Below, one piece after another: positions 12,596 to 25,480 of a DNA stretch of 64,000 nucleotides. Within the stretch, counting starts at the first letter, position 1. Every line of letters starts with the position of its first letter. The stretch is from Saccostrea echinata (Eukaryota), in the NCBI RefSeq assembly GCF_033153115.1, contig NW_026889765.1:21390001-21454000 (forward strand), written 5' to 3'. Under the pieces are notes generated by a model. It did no database searches. It was not told the origin of the DNA and saw only the letters and a program-made list of their open reading frames with translations. Both the position numbers and the translations under genes were made by a program.

Positions 12596-15500
12596 TAATA
12601 CATGTAAATGATTGTGTATAGAGTAGACATAAAAAAAAAACAAACCCACACACATACACACATTGTAAATTGAATTAAAAACTGAATAACCAAAAATTAT
12701 AAAATGTAAAGATATCTTCTAACTTGAATGAGACTGCTTCAACTAAAGCACCAAAGAATAGGTATGATAATCTAAAGAAGTATTGTAAAAAAAAAAAAAA
12801 AACCTATAAGAGACATGGCTTTTTTTAACAATACTGACTTCTTCACATTATCATACCTAAATTTACAAAAAATTAAATTTACAAATTAAATCAGAATTGT
12901 TAATAAATTCAACAGTATCTTTTAAATAGATCAAACTATCTAATGTTTTATTGTCTTTTCTTCATGTTGCCGATCTTATGGAAATATACACATGATCCTT
13001 GGCTAATCAAGTGTCATCTGCAGTGTTACAAAAGAATATTGGATTTATGTCAAGAAGGTAATTAGGGACAAGACTGCATTAAAAACAATGGAATAAGATG
13101 TTAAAAATGTATTTTAAATCCACATATAATAGTTATGTTGCTATATATATTGTTTCACATTGAAGATGTGTCATTGACAGGTATGTGTAGTGTTTTTTCC
13201 AAAAACTTTATCCTTTGGCCGTAACTCTTGAACAATTAGATTAGTGCTAGTTCTCTGTATTTCACATGTTTATTTCTTTTTTTAACCCCATGATCTTGGC
13301 CTTAGAGTGTGACCTACATTGAGAAACTAAAATATTTAATTTTTATCTATATATACCAAGGTTTTTAAATTTAGACACTTCATTAATCCAAACAATTTCC
13401 TTGGGAGCAAAAGTGTCCAGATTAATGAGGCCAACTATATATGCATTTGATTAAAAGATTCATGACAATTTGATAAATACATATATAAAAAATGTATTGC
13501 TACAGTATAATCTGACAGAAATGTCTTATATTCATAATATAGACATAGCCATACCATGTTTGCAGTGTACGAGAGAAGTAATACATGTATTTTAGTTCTT
13601 TAAATACTAAAATAATTTGTTCATTTCAGAAAAAGAACTACCAGAAGGATACAGTAAAGAGGAACAGACACTCCACCCATTAGATATGTGCTTCAAAATC
13701 TGAATATACAGAATGAATTCCGCTCATTGTAACTCCTTCTGAAAAGATCACCTTTGTTGTATTGACATAGAATCAACAGAATTGTCTGGTTCCTTGAACA
13801 TGACACAACTGGATGCGTATGATGGCAATTAAAGATGCATACATGTTTACATTGATCTTCGTCAGCCAATAAGCCAAAAACTATAGCTAGCAAAATAACA
13901 AGTTTATCTTACTTTTTCCAAATGAATCTTAATGGTAATGCATGTAGTACATGTAGCATCAACATTCATCAAGCATTTTTATATTTCATATATAGATTTT
14001 CTTATATCAAACCATCCTTTCCTTGTTGCAGGTCATAATGTTGTATCAAATGACATTCCAATTCCCTTGAAATTACTTGAGGAGTTTGGACTTCAAGAAA
14101 AACTTATGTTATTGAGTGTATTCACTTTATTTTGTTGAACTACATCCTGAGTTAAAGTTGTACACCATCATATACAGTTTATGATGGGATTCCTCTAACT
14201 TTTATGAACCTGTGTGTAAAATCTATACTTTAAAGTTACAAATTATTACCTTTAATAGATTATATGTTCTTATGTAAATTTATTACACAATTTTTGTATG
14301 TATGTAATGATAACCGAATCACTCTCTATTTCCCCGCACTTTTTTCCATGTGATGCTTTAGTGTATGAATATCTGATTACTGATGACCAGGCAGTCTTCA
14401 TTATACAGCGAAACACATAACTCATGCTTTTATTTGAATATCTTTAAAACAAGTATAACATACTGTGGATTGATTCTGTTTACAAAACTTCATAACCACT
14501 GGGTTTTCTTATACATGTTATACATGTATTTGGAATGAAAAAGGAATTGTTAAAGGAAAGTGAAATTAATACTAATGTTGTCAAAGGAAGATTAAAAGAC
14601 CAGTTTATTTATGCACAGAATTGGTCAAAAGATATTGTCATTGATAATTCATCCAAGAATCATATGTATAATAAATCTATCAAAGTCGATTTTAACGACA
14701 TAAAGGAAAGTTCATATCTTTTTGAATGTAAGTGCAAAAAGGTCAACCAGGGCAACATGTGTCTAGGATGTACATGTATAAATATTTGCTTTTGTGATAT
14801 AAAATGTAATTTAGAAGAATATTACACAGAAATTACCCATTTTCTGTGAAATATTTTGATGAATTCTTGAGAATCTCTCTTAGTCACCATATTCTTCAAA
14901 AGTGCATCTTTTGTAAAGGAAGGGGGTAGGGTAGGGTGTAAGATAATAAACTTGCGTCAGGTTGAAATTAAACCCCATTATGCGGTATGATTTTTTTCTG
15001 AAATTTAAGATACTTATTGACTAATTATTATATGCAATAAAAAAGAAATTTGATGGGTAATTTTTTCACAGTGGAAGCAGAAGTGTGAGTCTTTGAGCAA
15101 TATTTTAACGTAATGTGACCATGCATCTTGGTGAATGTAATTCTGTTTTTCACTTACAATGCTTGATAATTTTAAGATTGTTGTCAAATATTAATTCATA
15201 AAGACAGATGTTTGAATTCATATAAGACAAATGATAATTGATATATCAATAAAAATTTATATCCCTTTTCATATCTTCTTTTTATATTATTTTACCCTGC
15301 TTTTTCAGCTCTTCGGTGGGTGATGAAGGCTATATTAAAATTATCAAATTTCTCTTAAACTTGCCCGATACCTACCTTGAATTTTTAATATGATTTAGAA
15401 GAAAGACTCAACACAAACATATATAAAATTCAGAAAATTTCAATGGTTAGTTTTTTTGTTGACAACCTATTAATCTCTACCTTAATAGCGGGCCTTATTC

Positions 15501-16189
15501 TAACAGGTTTTGGTATTGAAATACATTCTTTACCACTAATAAGATATTTTTTTTTATATTTGGCGTTTATTCAATATATAGTTGAAACCTAGTTTTGGTT
15601 TTGAAATTCATTCTTAGCCACTTTTGAAATATTTATCAATAATAGGCATTATTTCAATAGTGGTTTCAACAGTATATTCTGCCATGCCTTGATAAATTTG
15701 GGGAAATTAAGACGTGATTTGTTGTTACATGAAGTCAGCTAAATTTTATAAAATAACTCTCAATATTGGAAGCTTTGTGATGTAAAAGGAAGAGAAGAAT
15801 ACCACTGATTAGACCAGTATTCGAACCTCGGCCACCTACAAACTGAGTTTTCTGGCCACCGGCGCTGAAGCCACCGACCCAGATTTTTGTGCAAAACTTT
15901 CATCTTCAAGTCCAGGGTTGGTGTAGCTGTCCCCTTTGGAAATTAATTTTAACATATAACTTGTACATGTAAATGTACATGAACAATTTAATGTCTTGTG
16001 CCGACAAAAGAATAAATTACTTGGAAACTTACTTAAAAAGGTAATGTGATATGTGATATATTTTAGTAAGCACATTTATATATCATCTTATATACAGAAT
16101 ACAAAAACTAGTCTAATGTTTCGTAAGACAAACGAACTTTTTAAAAAATATGTCAACTAAAGCTGCTAGCGTATAGTAAGGGACTATAT

Positions 16190-16835
16190 TGCCATTCATA
16201 TGTTGACGCGATATATACCAGTGAACTTGAAATAAAAGACACCATAAAGTCTTCAGCATCTGTTTCATATTTGGATGTTTTACTGACTATAGACGATAAA
16301 GGCAAACTAACAACTAAATTTTATGACAAATGAGATGACTTCAGCTTTTCCAACGTCAACTTTTCTTATTTATGTAGCAATATCCCACTATCACCTGCAT
16401 ATGGTGTTATTACTCCCAACTTATTCGATACCCATGAGCATGCTCCGAGTATTTTTAGACCGATGTATGCTACTGACAAATAAGTTGATGTTACAGGGAT
16501 TTTAACAACCTCGTTTTAAGTCAGAATTTCGTAAATTCTATGGTTGTTATGAACACCTTTTTAGCAATTGTAACCTGTCATTGGGCTGAGTGTTGGCTGA
16601 CGTGTTTCATATCAATTGTTAGGCTTTTGTTCTTAATTCTGAATGTTCTGTCTTCCTGATCTACACATAGGGCTTACGGCGGGTGTGTCCGGTCAATAGG
16701 TGATGCTTACTATCCCTAGGCACCTGATCTCACCTCTGGAATTTCCAGGGGTCCGTGTTTTATGCCTTGCTCACAAATTTGTATTGTTTGTAGATTTTTA
16801 TGAGCTCGATCACTTTTCGTTATATTCACCTTTTC
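16190..16835 (+). mobile_element. 5'-truncated Penelope-like retroelement (RT C-terminus + 3' UTR; possibly Naiad-type)
   Basis: Decayed HSYVDAIY.SELEIKDT..SVSYLDVLL..KLTTKFYDK*DDF..NIPLSPAYG..LLTNKLMLQGF; no GIY-YIG after the RT; structured tail at 16670-16770. Confidence 0.75.
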
Positions 16836-16939
16836 ATCTATTATATGTTCAAAAAGAACATCTTTGCTTAACTGAAATATTATTTTCCTCAATCACTGAT
16901 TAGAAATTTATTCATTTGAATGTCACTACCTTGGGCTGA

Positions 16940-17170
16940 AATGAAATATGACGATATAACGAATGGAAAACAAGCCTAAAAGTCCATTGGAACAGTACAC
17001 ATTAGAAGCAGAGCAAAAACATATAGCTCTAAAAATATCAGAGGTGGAATCATGTGCCAGACAGGAGTAAACATCCCCTGTCGACCGGGAACACCCGCCT
17101 TGAGCTCCTTGTCATGACTAGGTAAACGGAAGATAGGTAGACAATTCTGTGTGAGAATATTGGCCTAACA
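16940..17170 (-). mobile_element. Penelope-like 3' UTR copy, tail-to-tail with the previous element
   Basis: Reverse complement matches the tail motif (ggagctcaaggcgggtg...caggggatg...cacctctga...tttgctctgc). Confidence 0.7.
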
Positions 17171-18350
17171 ATTTCAAGAATTAAATCAATACTGAATGGA
17201 ATATTTTAAGAAAGTAAATAATATCACTATATAGGTTAGCTAATAAACAGACCAGTTCTATTTGGGCTACTATCTCCAGCACTACCTATTTTCCCTGAAT
17301 TAATGTCAGTGCTATGGTAAATCACAGTCGACGACCACTCAGGAAAACAATAAGGTGAACAAATCACCAAAACAGCTTCAGCTCTATTCATGCTAATGAA
17401 TCGATTGTACTTATCTTTCCTAATATTGACATTTAATTACGCTTACTTTTTACTCTGCATCTTCTCTGATTGATCAGCTCTCTGCAGTGTCGAGTAATCA
17501 CAGTTATATAGGTTTATCAGAGAAGCCAAACACCAAATTTCACTTTATAAAATTTAATACAGGCAAAACAACTTTAACAAATACACAAACACATGTAATA
17601 TGATTTTACTTGCTCGTTGGCAGAATCGGCCATGGCTGCATTAGTTAATGAACTATTAACAGATGAACCCTGGGAACAGATGTTCAACTGGTAACCATAC
17701 AGATGATGACAAAATGTTACTGATTCATAAGCTGAAAGTTCTGCAAACTGATTACGTTCACTCATAAAATGATACCACTGACAGTTCCTCTGGCGATACT
17801 GGTGCGACTGAAAAACTGCGCCACCTGGCTATACGCAAATATAGCCACCGCCACTAGTGACGCCCAAATGCTACTCTTCCATTAGTGGTAGTTTAAAAAG
17901 GAAAACGGAAATTTGCAATTGCAACTACCCCATGTTTGCGATACAAGGTTAAAGTTGCAACTGTTCAAATTTCAGTAATGGGGCGCCTGGCTAAAACTTA
18001 GCTTCGAGCTTAAACCCTATAACTAACCTAACTACACAAACTGTTTCACAAATTGCTGAGATAGCACATATTAAATGCAGAACAAATGTCTGCCACAAAT
18101 TAAGTTTCCACAAATTGTGCCACAACACATGGCAGAAACAGATGTCTGCAAAATACTTCAGTAACTTAACAGAACCTATTATATGTAAATAAACATATTT
18201 ATATAAGAAGCTATAACAGAGGAAACTGTCTGCAACCAAACAAGATATGCACAACGTGTGCCAAACTACACATTAGAATTGATATTGCTGATCCAAATGA
18301 CAACTTAATTTGTTAACCAATACAATTGCACATTAATGAACAAAATTTGC

Positions 18351-19003
18351 TCAAATTACATACTCTGACGGAAGCAGCCATGGACCCCATTCTCCAACCG
18401 GTGGATGAACAAAGCCTTTAATTGTAACAAAGTAGTAAATAGCTTGCTGAATACGATGTAGAAAAATTTTATTGCCCATTTTGTTAAGGTGGATACCATC
18501 AGGTAAGAAGAGTGATGAGTCACCATCCGATATCTGAGGATATCTGATGTAATGCCCGTTACTAGATTTCACCAAAGTGCCAATCTTATTGTTCACCCGA
18601 CGCCTAATAAGCTCTAAAGCCTCATGCTTCTTTTCACCCCGCCATACTAATCTGGGCAAACTTTGTGATCAAATAATAACAGTTGTAGGAAACATGTCCT
18701 GAATTTTTCTTATTGTCCCCACCATATGATGCCGCAACTCTATTGAAGATCTACACCCTATATCATTACCACCGCAATGAATAATTAAATAATTAGGAGG
18801 ATCCTCCAATCTTTTTAAGAGTTTCAATCTCCCCAGCAATTGATGCCATCGCATACCTCCTTGTCCTTGCCACCAAATACTTACATTTATCCTCCCTAAC
18901 CCTAAATTTGCACCCTCTTCACTAGATCTTGCCTCAATAAATGCTCTTTTAATGATAGATGATCCTACTATCCAAATCGAACCCGTACTTACATGTACAT
19001 CAT
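18351..19003 (-). pseudogene. SGNH/GDSL hydrolase cargo of the Ngaro element (one premature TGA)
   Basis: Block I IWIVGSS, block II WQGQGGM, block III HCGGND, block V DGIHL. ORFs 18669-18854 and 18351-18659 are in one frame, split by a probable TGG>TGA. Confidence 0.85.
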
Positions 19004-19177
19004 CTACAAATGTATATTGTTAGAGTATTGTCTTAACATATTTACACTTATCTAGTGTTAGAATATTATTATCTAAACATATATCTACATTAACTACAAA
19101 CAATCCAAACAACAAATTAAAAGAGAAGACTTTACACTCAGCCCAATGGTTACCTTACACTTTTGGTTGCATCAGCC

Positions 19178-20060
19178 CTATGAAATACTAACCAGTTTTG
19201 AAGTAGGTACTCTAATGTAAGATTTAACTGATGCTGATTTCCAACGACCTAACCCCTTGATTTCATCTTCTGAAAGACCAACTAGACATGCTGTTGTTGC
19301 TGCTCCAATCCTAAAGGAATGTGCTTTGAAACTACTCACATCTACTTTTGCAGCCTTAAGTCCCATTTTTAAAACCGCATTAATCTTATACCTAGTGACC
19401 GGTAAACCATCAGCATGCACAAAAAATGATCCTTTACATTATCGTCTTATTCTCATGTAGTCAGAGACCGCTTTAACTGGACAAAGCCCTTCTATAACCC
19501 TAGGCAACAACATCATAGTTCCCTTACCCTTCTGATCAGTTTTTGAATGCTTCAACATAACTTCTATTCCTTTACCCGTTATACAAACATCTGCAGAGCT
19601 TAATGCATGACCGATATCTGAATGACTGTTAACAACTAACTCATTGACTCTAAAAAAAAAAAAAACAAAGCTGTTACAAAAATTGCAGTGAATAAAATTT
19701 CTTCAAATCTGGATGAGCACACCTGCCTAAGAACACCAGTAAGCTTATTTAAGACACCTATTGTTACTGGCTTTCTAAAATCCTGAGTTGCGCTAGTTCT
19801 ACCCAACCCTTCTAAAAGCTTAACTGTAAAGGATTTTGTGGTATCTTCCATGCCCAAAATCTTGCAGTGAAAAGATATACCTGCTAGATATGTCTTAACA
19901 GTCTTGTAAGCACACCCTTTTAATGACAGGTGTGAAATGAACTTAACTAAACAGCTAACCTTTGGAGGCCAAGATGACCCTATTTTATAAATATTGCAAA
20001 AGTTTAAGTTCCCTCAAGCCTGACTCATAAACCTTGCGCGTATTCAAGGCTAATGGTGAA
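19178..20060 (-). pseudogene. Tyrosine recombinase (frameshifted)
   Basis: HSFRIGAAT (HxxR), LGRWKS...SYIR (catalytic Tyr), HSKTDQKG upstream; poly-A slippage at ~19652-19665. Confidence 0.9.
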
Positions 20061-20061
20061 T

Positions 20062-21680
20062 TTAACAATCTTTTAGATTCACATTCAATAGCATTTGTTG
20101 AAAAACGTCTGGAATAGGACTCGGGGCCTGGTCTGCTTGTGGATACTCCCGCCGGAACCGAGTGAACTGCTGTCGAGAAAGAGCATCTGCTACAGAATTT
20201 TCTTTACCATAAATATGCTGCGCCTTAAAGAATATGTTATTTAACATACTGTTCAAAACTAGTGACCTCAGTAACACCATGACTCTTTTTGATTTCGAAG
20301 ACTTTTTGTTCAATACAAATACCAGGCCCTTGTTATCAGTAAAGAAAATAATTCTCTTGTTTGTTAAGATATCCCCTCAGATATAAACAGCCATGCAAAT
20401 AGGTATCAACTCTAAAAAAGTAAAATCACCCATGACTGAGTTGTCTGCCCAACTTGCCGGCCACTTTAAATAAGCCCAAATGAGCTCCTAACACTGCACC
20501 ACAACCTAATTCTGCACTCCCAGCCCTGTCAGTGTACAAATGCAAATCTACCATAGTGTACTAATCTATCTCCTGAAAGTAACAATAACCATTAAAATTC
20601 TCTAAGAAATTTAACCAAATTCTGATATCTTCCTTCAACTCTCTACTAACCCTAATGTGATGTCTACCAGATGTGAGTCCTGCCATTGCATCGAAAAAAC
20701 GCCTGTTAAATGCCCTAGCTGAAGGGATTGCTCTTGAACAAAAATTAAGTAATCCTGTAACAGACTGCAAACATTTTAGAGTTACCGTTTTTTGGCCTAC
20801 AATTTCCATCAATGCAACTGAAAGCCTTTCCAACCTATCCTTTGGGAGCCTGATTTGTTGGTTATTAGTATCAATCACCAAACCTAAGAACTCAACAGTT
20901 CTAGGCCCTACTGTTTTCTCATCTGCCAAAGGCACCCCGACTTCCTTACAAATATCCTGAAATAACTCCATGAGCAACTTGCAATCTAGGGTACCCTTTT
21001 TCCCAGCTAATAAAAAATCATCTGAATAGTGCACAAGATTTTGCAACCCAGACTTTGACACCAAGACCCACTCCAAAAATGATGAAAATTTTTCAAATAG
21101 ATAACATGCACTAGCACAACCCATCGGGAGGCATTTGTCAAAATAATACTTATCACAAAGCTTGAAACCTAACCATTCAAACTGTGATGGGTGTAGCGGC
21201 ATTAAACGAAATGCAATTTTAACATCAAGCTTGGCCAGGAGGGCACCTTTCCCAAGGGAATTAATCATGTCAATGGCCTTATCAAATGAAGTATATGAAA
21301 CTCTACAATTACGTCTATCTATAAAATCATTTACACTTGCACCCATGGGGTGTGAAAGATGATGAATCAATCGCCAAGACTTATCTTTTTTAGGAACCAA
21401 ACCAATTGGAGATACGTGTAAATGAAAGATGTATTATGAACGGAGCCTTATCAAATGGACCTGCTATTCTCCCTAAACTAACCTCCTTCCTAACTTTTTC
21501 TAGAGCTTCCTGTTCATTAGTCCTAACTGATTTTAAATTATTACATTCACTCGCCCCCCTTGGGCCTTCGTAATGCAAATAAAAACCCTCTGGAAAACCC
21601 AATAATAATTCTTCTGCATCGTCTCTTAAAGGGTAATCATTCATATAAGGTCTAAGGCATTCTATTTTAATTGACAGTAG
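20062..21680 (-). pseudogene. Reverse transcriptase - RNase H (frameshifted)
   Basis: LGRIAGPF, VPKK..WRLIHHLS, LAKLDVK.AFRL, LPMG, HYSDDFL (YxDD), FLGLVID; RNase H HIYGKENSVADALSR. Confidence 0.9.
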
Positions 21681-22700
21681 GGACAGTAGCTCTAATTGTT
21701 CCCCCTCCTCCTCTTGGGGTGCTGAATCTAGGCCCTGATGCTCGTGGTCCTGAGTATGCTTGACCACTACCAGCTTGGACTGCAGGGTTCCTAAAAGTGG
21801 AAAAAGCCGAACTATCCACGTTAACTCTACACTTCACTGAAGGATGAAAACCTGAACACGTTAAGCATCTATGATTATATTGACATGACTTCCTAACACA
21901 GACCCCATTAAAGTTGTAATCATAACATTTCAACGAGCCTGTTGAAACCTTACTGTAATTATTACTGGGCCCAGTAGTAGACGGAGACATATAGAGCAAC
22001 CAGAGTTCCTGAACTATACTGCCCCATGAAATGGAAGGATTATTTACTCTCTTTAACCTAAACTGGATATCATAAGCTTTCCACCCTAAACTAGACACTG
22101 GAAACCTACTGGCTCCCAAACGTACATTGTACATGTATTTGAAAATTCCGGATATGCTTTCGGGCTGTGCTGTTGAAAAAATGCTAGCATAAATAATAAA
22201 TGCATTTGTCCTCTCACTGATAGTTGTGATTTTCCGTCTGGCCATTTTAGGTTTTACAATCAACAAACCATCAGATAGTGAAAGTTCCCTACTATCATGA
22301 TCTAATTCAAATTATTGGGTAACAACAAACCTAGATCAATATATTCTGAGTTGATAATCTTTGATTTGATAGCGTTTGAGGAATGGTAATTAAGCTCATG
22401 ATTAACACTGGAAGTTTGAAATAATGATGCATCTTGTGCAGACTCATTGAAATTACCAAGAGTTTGAGGGTCGCTACTACCAGTGATTGTTGGTATGGCC
22501 TGTGCCGTAGCTATCTTTTCTGCCAGGGCATTCAGCTGGTCGTCTGTTAACTGCAGGTTGACTGTATTAGTATTTCCTACCAGCCGGTTTCCCTCCTGGC
22601 TCTGCGACTCCTCCCTTGAATCGGCTCTGCTTGCCTTCTGCCTAGAGTGCACTGGGTTGGCAGCTGCAGGTCGCCTTTTCACTCCTTTTCCCCGCGGCAT
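21667..22700 (-). pseudogene. gag-like ORF1 (frameshift near 22300)
   Basis: IINSEYIDLGLLLP; AFIIYASI; GWKAYDIQFRLK; WGSIVQELWL; Cys/His finger CYDYN..C....CQYNHRC..C...H....C typical of DIRS gag. Confidence 0.85.
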
Positions 22701-22762
22701 GCTTAAATTGAATCATGCAAAACTGATGAACTCGTAAATTACAACTATAATCACTTAAATTG

Positions 22763-22852
22763 TAACTTGTGCATTTGCCCTTACCAACAATATCTGTATT
22801 CTGAAAATTATGTAAACTTGTGCATTTGCACTTTTCAACAATATCTGTATTG
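22763..22852. repeat. ~51-bp tandem duplication in the Ngaro 5' UTR
   Basis: aacttgtgcatttgc..tt..caacaatatctgtatt twice. Confidence 0.75.
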
Positions 22853-24687
22853 AAGAATTTTTTTTTATTTTTTATTTTTTTTATTACAGAATTTGTCTGT
22901 TACAGGCTTCACTCTCCTTTAGCATAAATATCTGTAAATGACAGTATGTACATGTGTATTTATACTTGTCAATATGTACCCCGCTACCTAAGTCTACCTT
23001 TCTTTTCTGACTGTCACCCCACCAAAGTATCTTCATATGCATTCTGTCTTCACAAAGTGGTCTGATCTGCTGAAACTACTATTAACTGCATTGCTGTTAA
23101 AACAGTTCAAATATACAATGTTGACGCGTGATGACGAGCATATGAAGACCCCGGAGCAGAATGGTTAAAAAATTAAGAAATGTCTTTATATCTTCCCCCC
23201 ACTCCTTCAAAGCTATGCAACTATTCTTATTTCCTTTGAAATTTATTTTGATATTGTATCTTTTTTTTTTTTTTTATAAATATTATTATTAAAATGGGGA
23301 AGGGGGGGGGGAGGTTGCAAACACAATTTTAGTAGAACCAGTCTATGTGTCCACGGTACCTAGCGTATAAACTAGAGGCGGAACATGATTATTTGATAAA
23401 TTTATATGAAATGTAGCTTTGATTTACAAGTGACATGAGATTATAACAAAGCTTGAGAACATAGCTATTACACGCGAGTGAAAGCGTCCCCACAATCTGA
23501 TATAATCTTAAACTATGCTGCATGAAAACTTTGACATACATATCCTACTTGCTACAATGCTTTATGTGCAATAATTTAGCAACAAAATTAACAGAGAAGA
23601 TTACACAAACCTAAGAATATCAGCAATTTCCTCACGACTGGCTTTCTGTTTCAGACTACCATCCGTCGGCTGCTGCGTGATGTCTAAATCACGTGACATG
23701 ATCAAGGGGGACAATTAGTACCATACAAACATGCTGTGTTTGACTCTCAGATAAACCGCTTTAATAAATAACATTGTGAGGAAAGTCGGTTCATTCTGTT
23801 ATCATGAGAAATAAAGTCATAAAATCGTTTGATTGAATTGAACAAATTCAGGACACTACCCATGCCTCTGGGTTCATTTGTCCTCAATGATATGAACGCA
23901 TTACAATTTTTCCCCATTTTTACAAGGTATATCTCAAAATCATATATCAAATCAGTATTTTCAAACTGAATACTATCTGTGTTTGTTTGTATGTTGTTTG
24001 TATTAAATGATAGAAATTATGTATAAATTAAAAAAAAAAATAAATAAAAAAATATAAAAAAAAAACTTTTACCATCAATTTCTATTAAATCAAAACAAAG
24101 TTTATATTTTCTGTAATTTCCTTAAAATAAATTTCACTGTCTTTCTTGTAAATTTGTTTCTTAATTTTTTTTCTTTAATATTTTATAGGCAAGTTCTATG
24201 TACATACATTAGACCAAAGTTTTTTACCGATGAAACAACCTTGTGTCTAATATATTGTTGACATCGTCAACCTTCCATCCACATGCTTGCCAAGTCAAAA
24301 GAAAATGTTCACCTGAGCATTGCTCCCTTTTCCCGGTGGAGTTTGTATTGGTTTATTCCCTTGGAAAAACAACCTGCCAGCAAGTGACTTTCTTTCAAAA
24401 TAATCAGAAACAACTAAGACGTATTTTAAGCTATTTTTCATAAAAGAAAGTGCTATAGTGATATCTTTGCACTGTTTGATTTTTTTGATATTCAAATGTA
24501 TAATTTATTAATCATACATCTATGAATATGTCAAAACTGATTTTAAAGGTAAATAGTAATCTGGTGTGTCAATCAATATAATTAAACTAATGAAAACATT
24601 GAGTGTGCAAGAGTTGAGAGTGAATGCTATTATTTATTAAAGAAAATAGCTGATAAAGCGCCAGTATTGTAATCATACAAAGGTACA

Positions 24688-24875
24688 CTGTTCCTTTGGA
24701 TGAGACCGTATAAACCGAGGTCTCGTGTCGCAGTAGGTGCTGGCAGAAAAAAGTTCCCTCACTGGCTCTAAGTGCCGAGTAAAGGTAAAAATTTGCAGCT
24801 CTCCACCGGCAAGTGGTGGCGTCTCCATATGAGTGAAAAATTCTCGAGAGGGACGTTGAACAATAAACAAACAAA
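24688..24875 (+). mobile_element. 5'-truncated Deu-domain SINE
   Basis: ggatgagaccgtataaaccgagg core, (aaac)n tail, 14-bp TSD catacaaaggtaca; same family as 54873-55172. Confidence 0.9.
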
Positions 24876-25480
24876 CATACAAAGGTACAAGGCACTATGT
24901 TCCACAAATAGTTACATTTCATATTTTTATAAATTTACTTATCATTTTTATATATTCTAAATTAATAAGTGGACTTATAATTCACTTAATGTTATAATAA
25001 ATAACGTAAAACAACCAATATACATGTATGTTTCAAACGAATTTAGAAAAAAATTAGAAGTATAAATGTAGATTTTTATAAAATGCCGTGAAAAGGGGAA
25101 TTACTCTTTCAATTATTCACAGTAAGAATATTTTGTGATTTATGAGTATATTGTATGTTCAAAGAATATTGTCATCCTGTTTTATGAAATTGTACTAATA
25201 TTACTTATGTGTATATTTACGGGGTGATTATTATTGTTCTACCAGTTAATCATTATGACTTATATTTGGGAAATAAACAATCAACGAACCCGCAGGTGTC
25301 TACTTATTTTATTAATACAATCAGAAGACCCCTGGTACAAAAAAAAAATCACAAAATTTCGCTTTCTCTCTGTAATAGTTCGTTACAGCGAGGTATTGGC
25401 AAATATCACGTTGTACTCCTGACCAGTAATTCATGAGCCGTATTCTTTGCAATGTTTTCTTTTATTTCCTAGGTCCTGTT

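Larger units (their letters stand above)
10083..14138 (+). pseudogene. Decayed, intron-containing Kolobok/Mutator-like transposase fused to a DEDDh 3'-5' exonuclease
   Basis: Ordered fragments: WYDGR..AEQMICLQC (10083-10151); NLNETASTKAPKNR|gt (12721-12761); LANQVSSAVLQKNIG (12999-13043); CIDIESTELS..MTQLDAY..RQPISQ..ASKITSL (13758-13910; ExoI DxE); FLVAGHNVVSNDIPI (14019-14063; ExoII). Stops and frameshifts present. Confidence 0.6.
17500..23230 (-). mobile_element. Ngaro-like DIRS-order (tyrosine recombinase) retrotransposon, inactivated
   Basis: Domain order gag, RT, RNase H, YR, SGNH hydrolase on one strand with overlapping frames. Boundaries approximate; split direct repeats not found by eye. 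Confidence 0.9.

Noticed and set aside
14535-14849. 104-aa ORF as a host gene
   Set aside because: No splice context or clear domain; at most a decayed LINE 3' remnant (LKDQF..QNWS..I.NSSK), too weak to call.
16580-16835. Hammerhead ribozyme or SECIS in the Penelope-like 3' UTR
   Set aside because: No CTGATGA...GAAA core and no convincing ATGA/GA quartet found by eye in these decayed copies.
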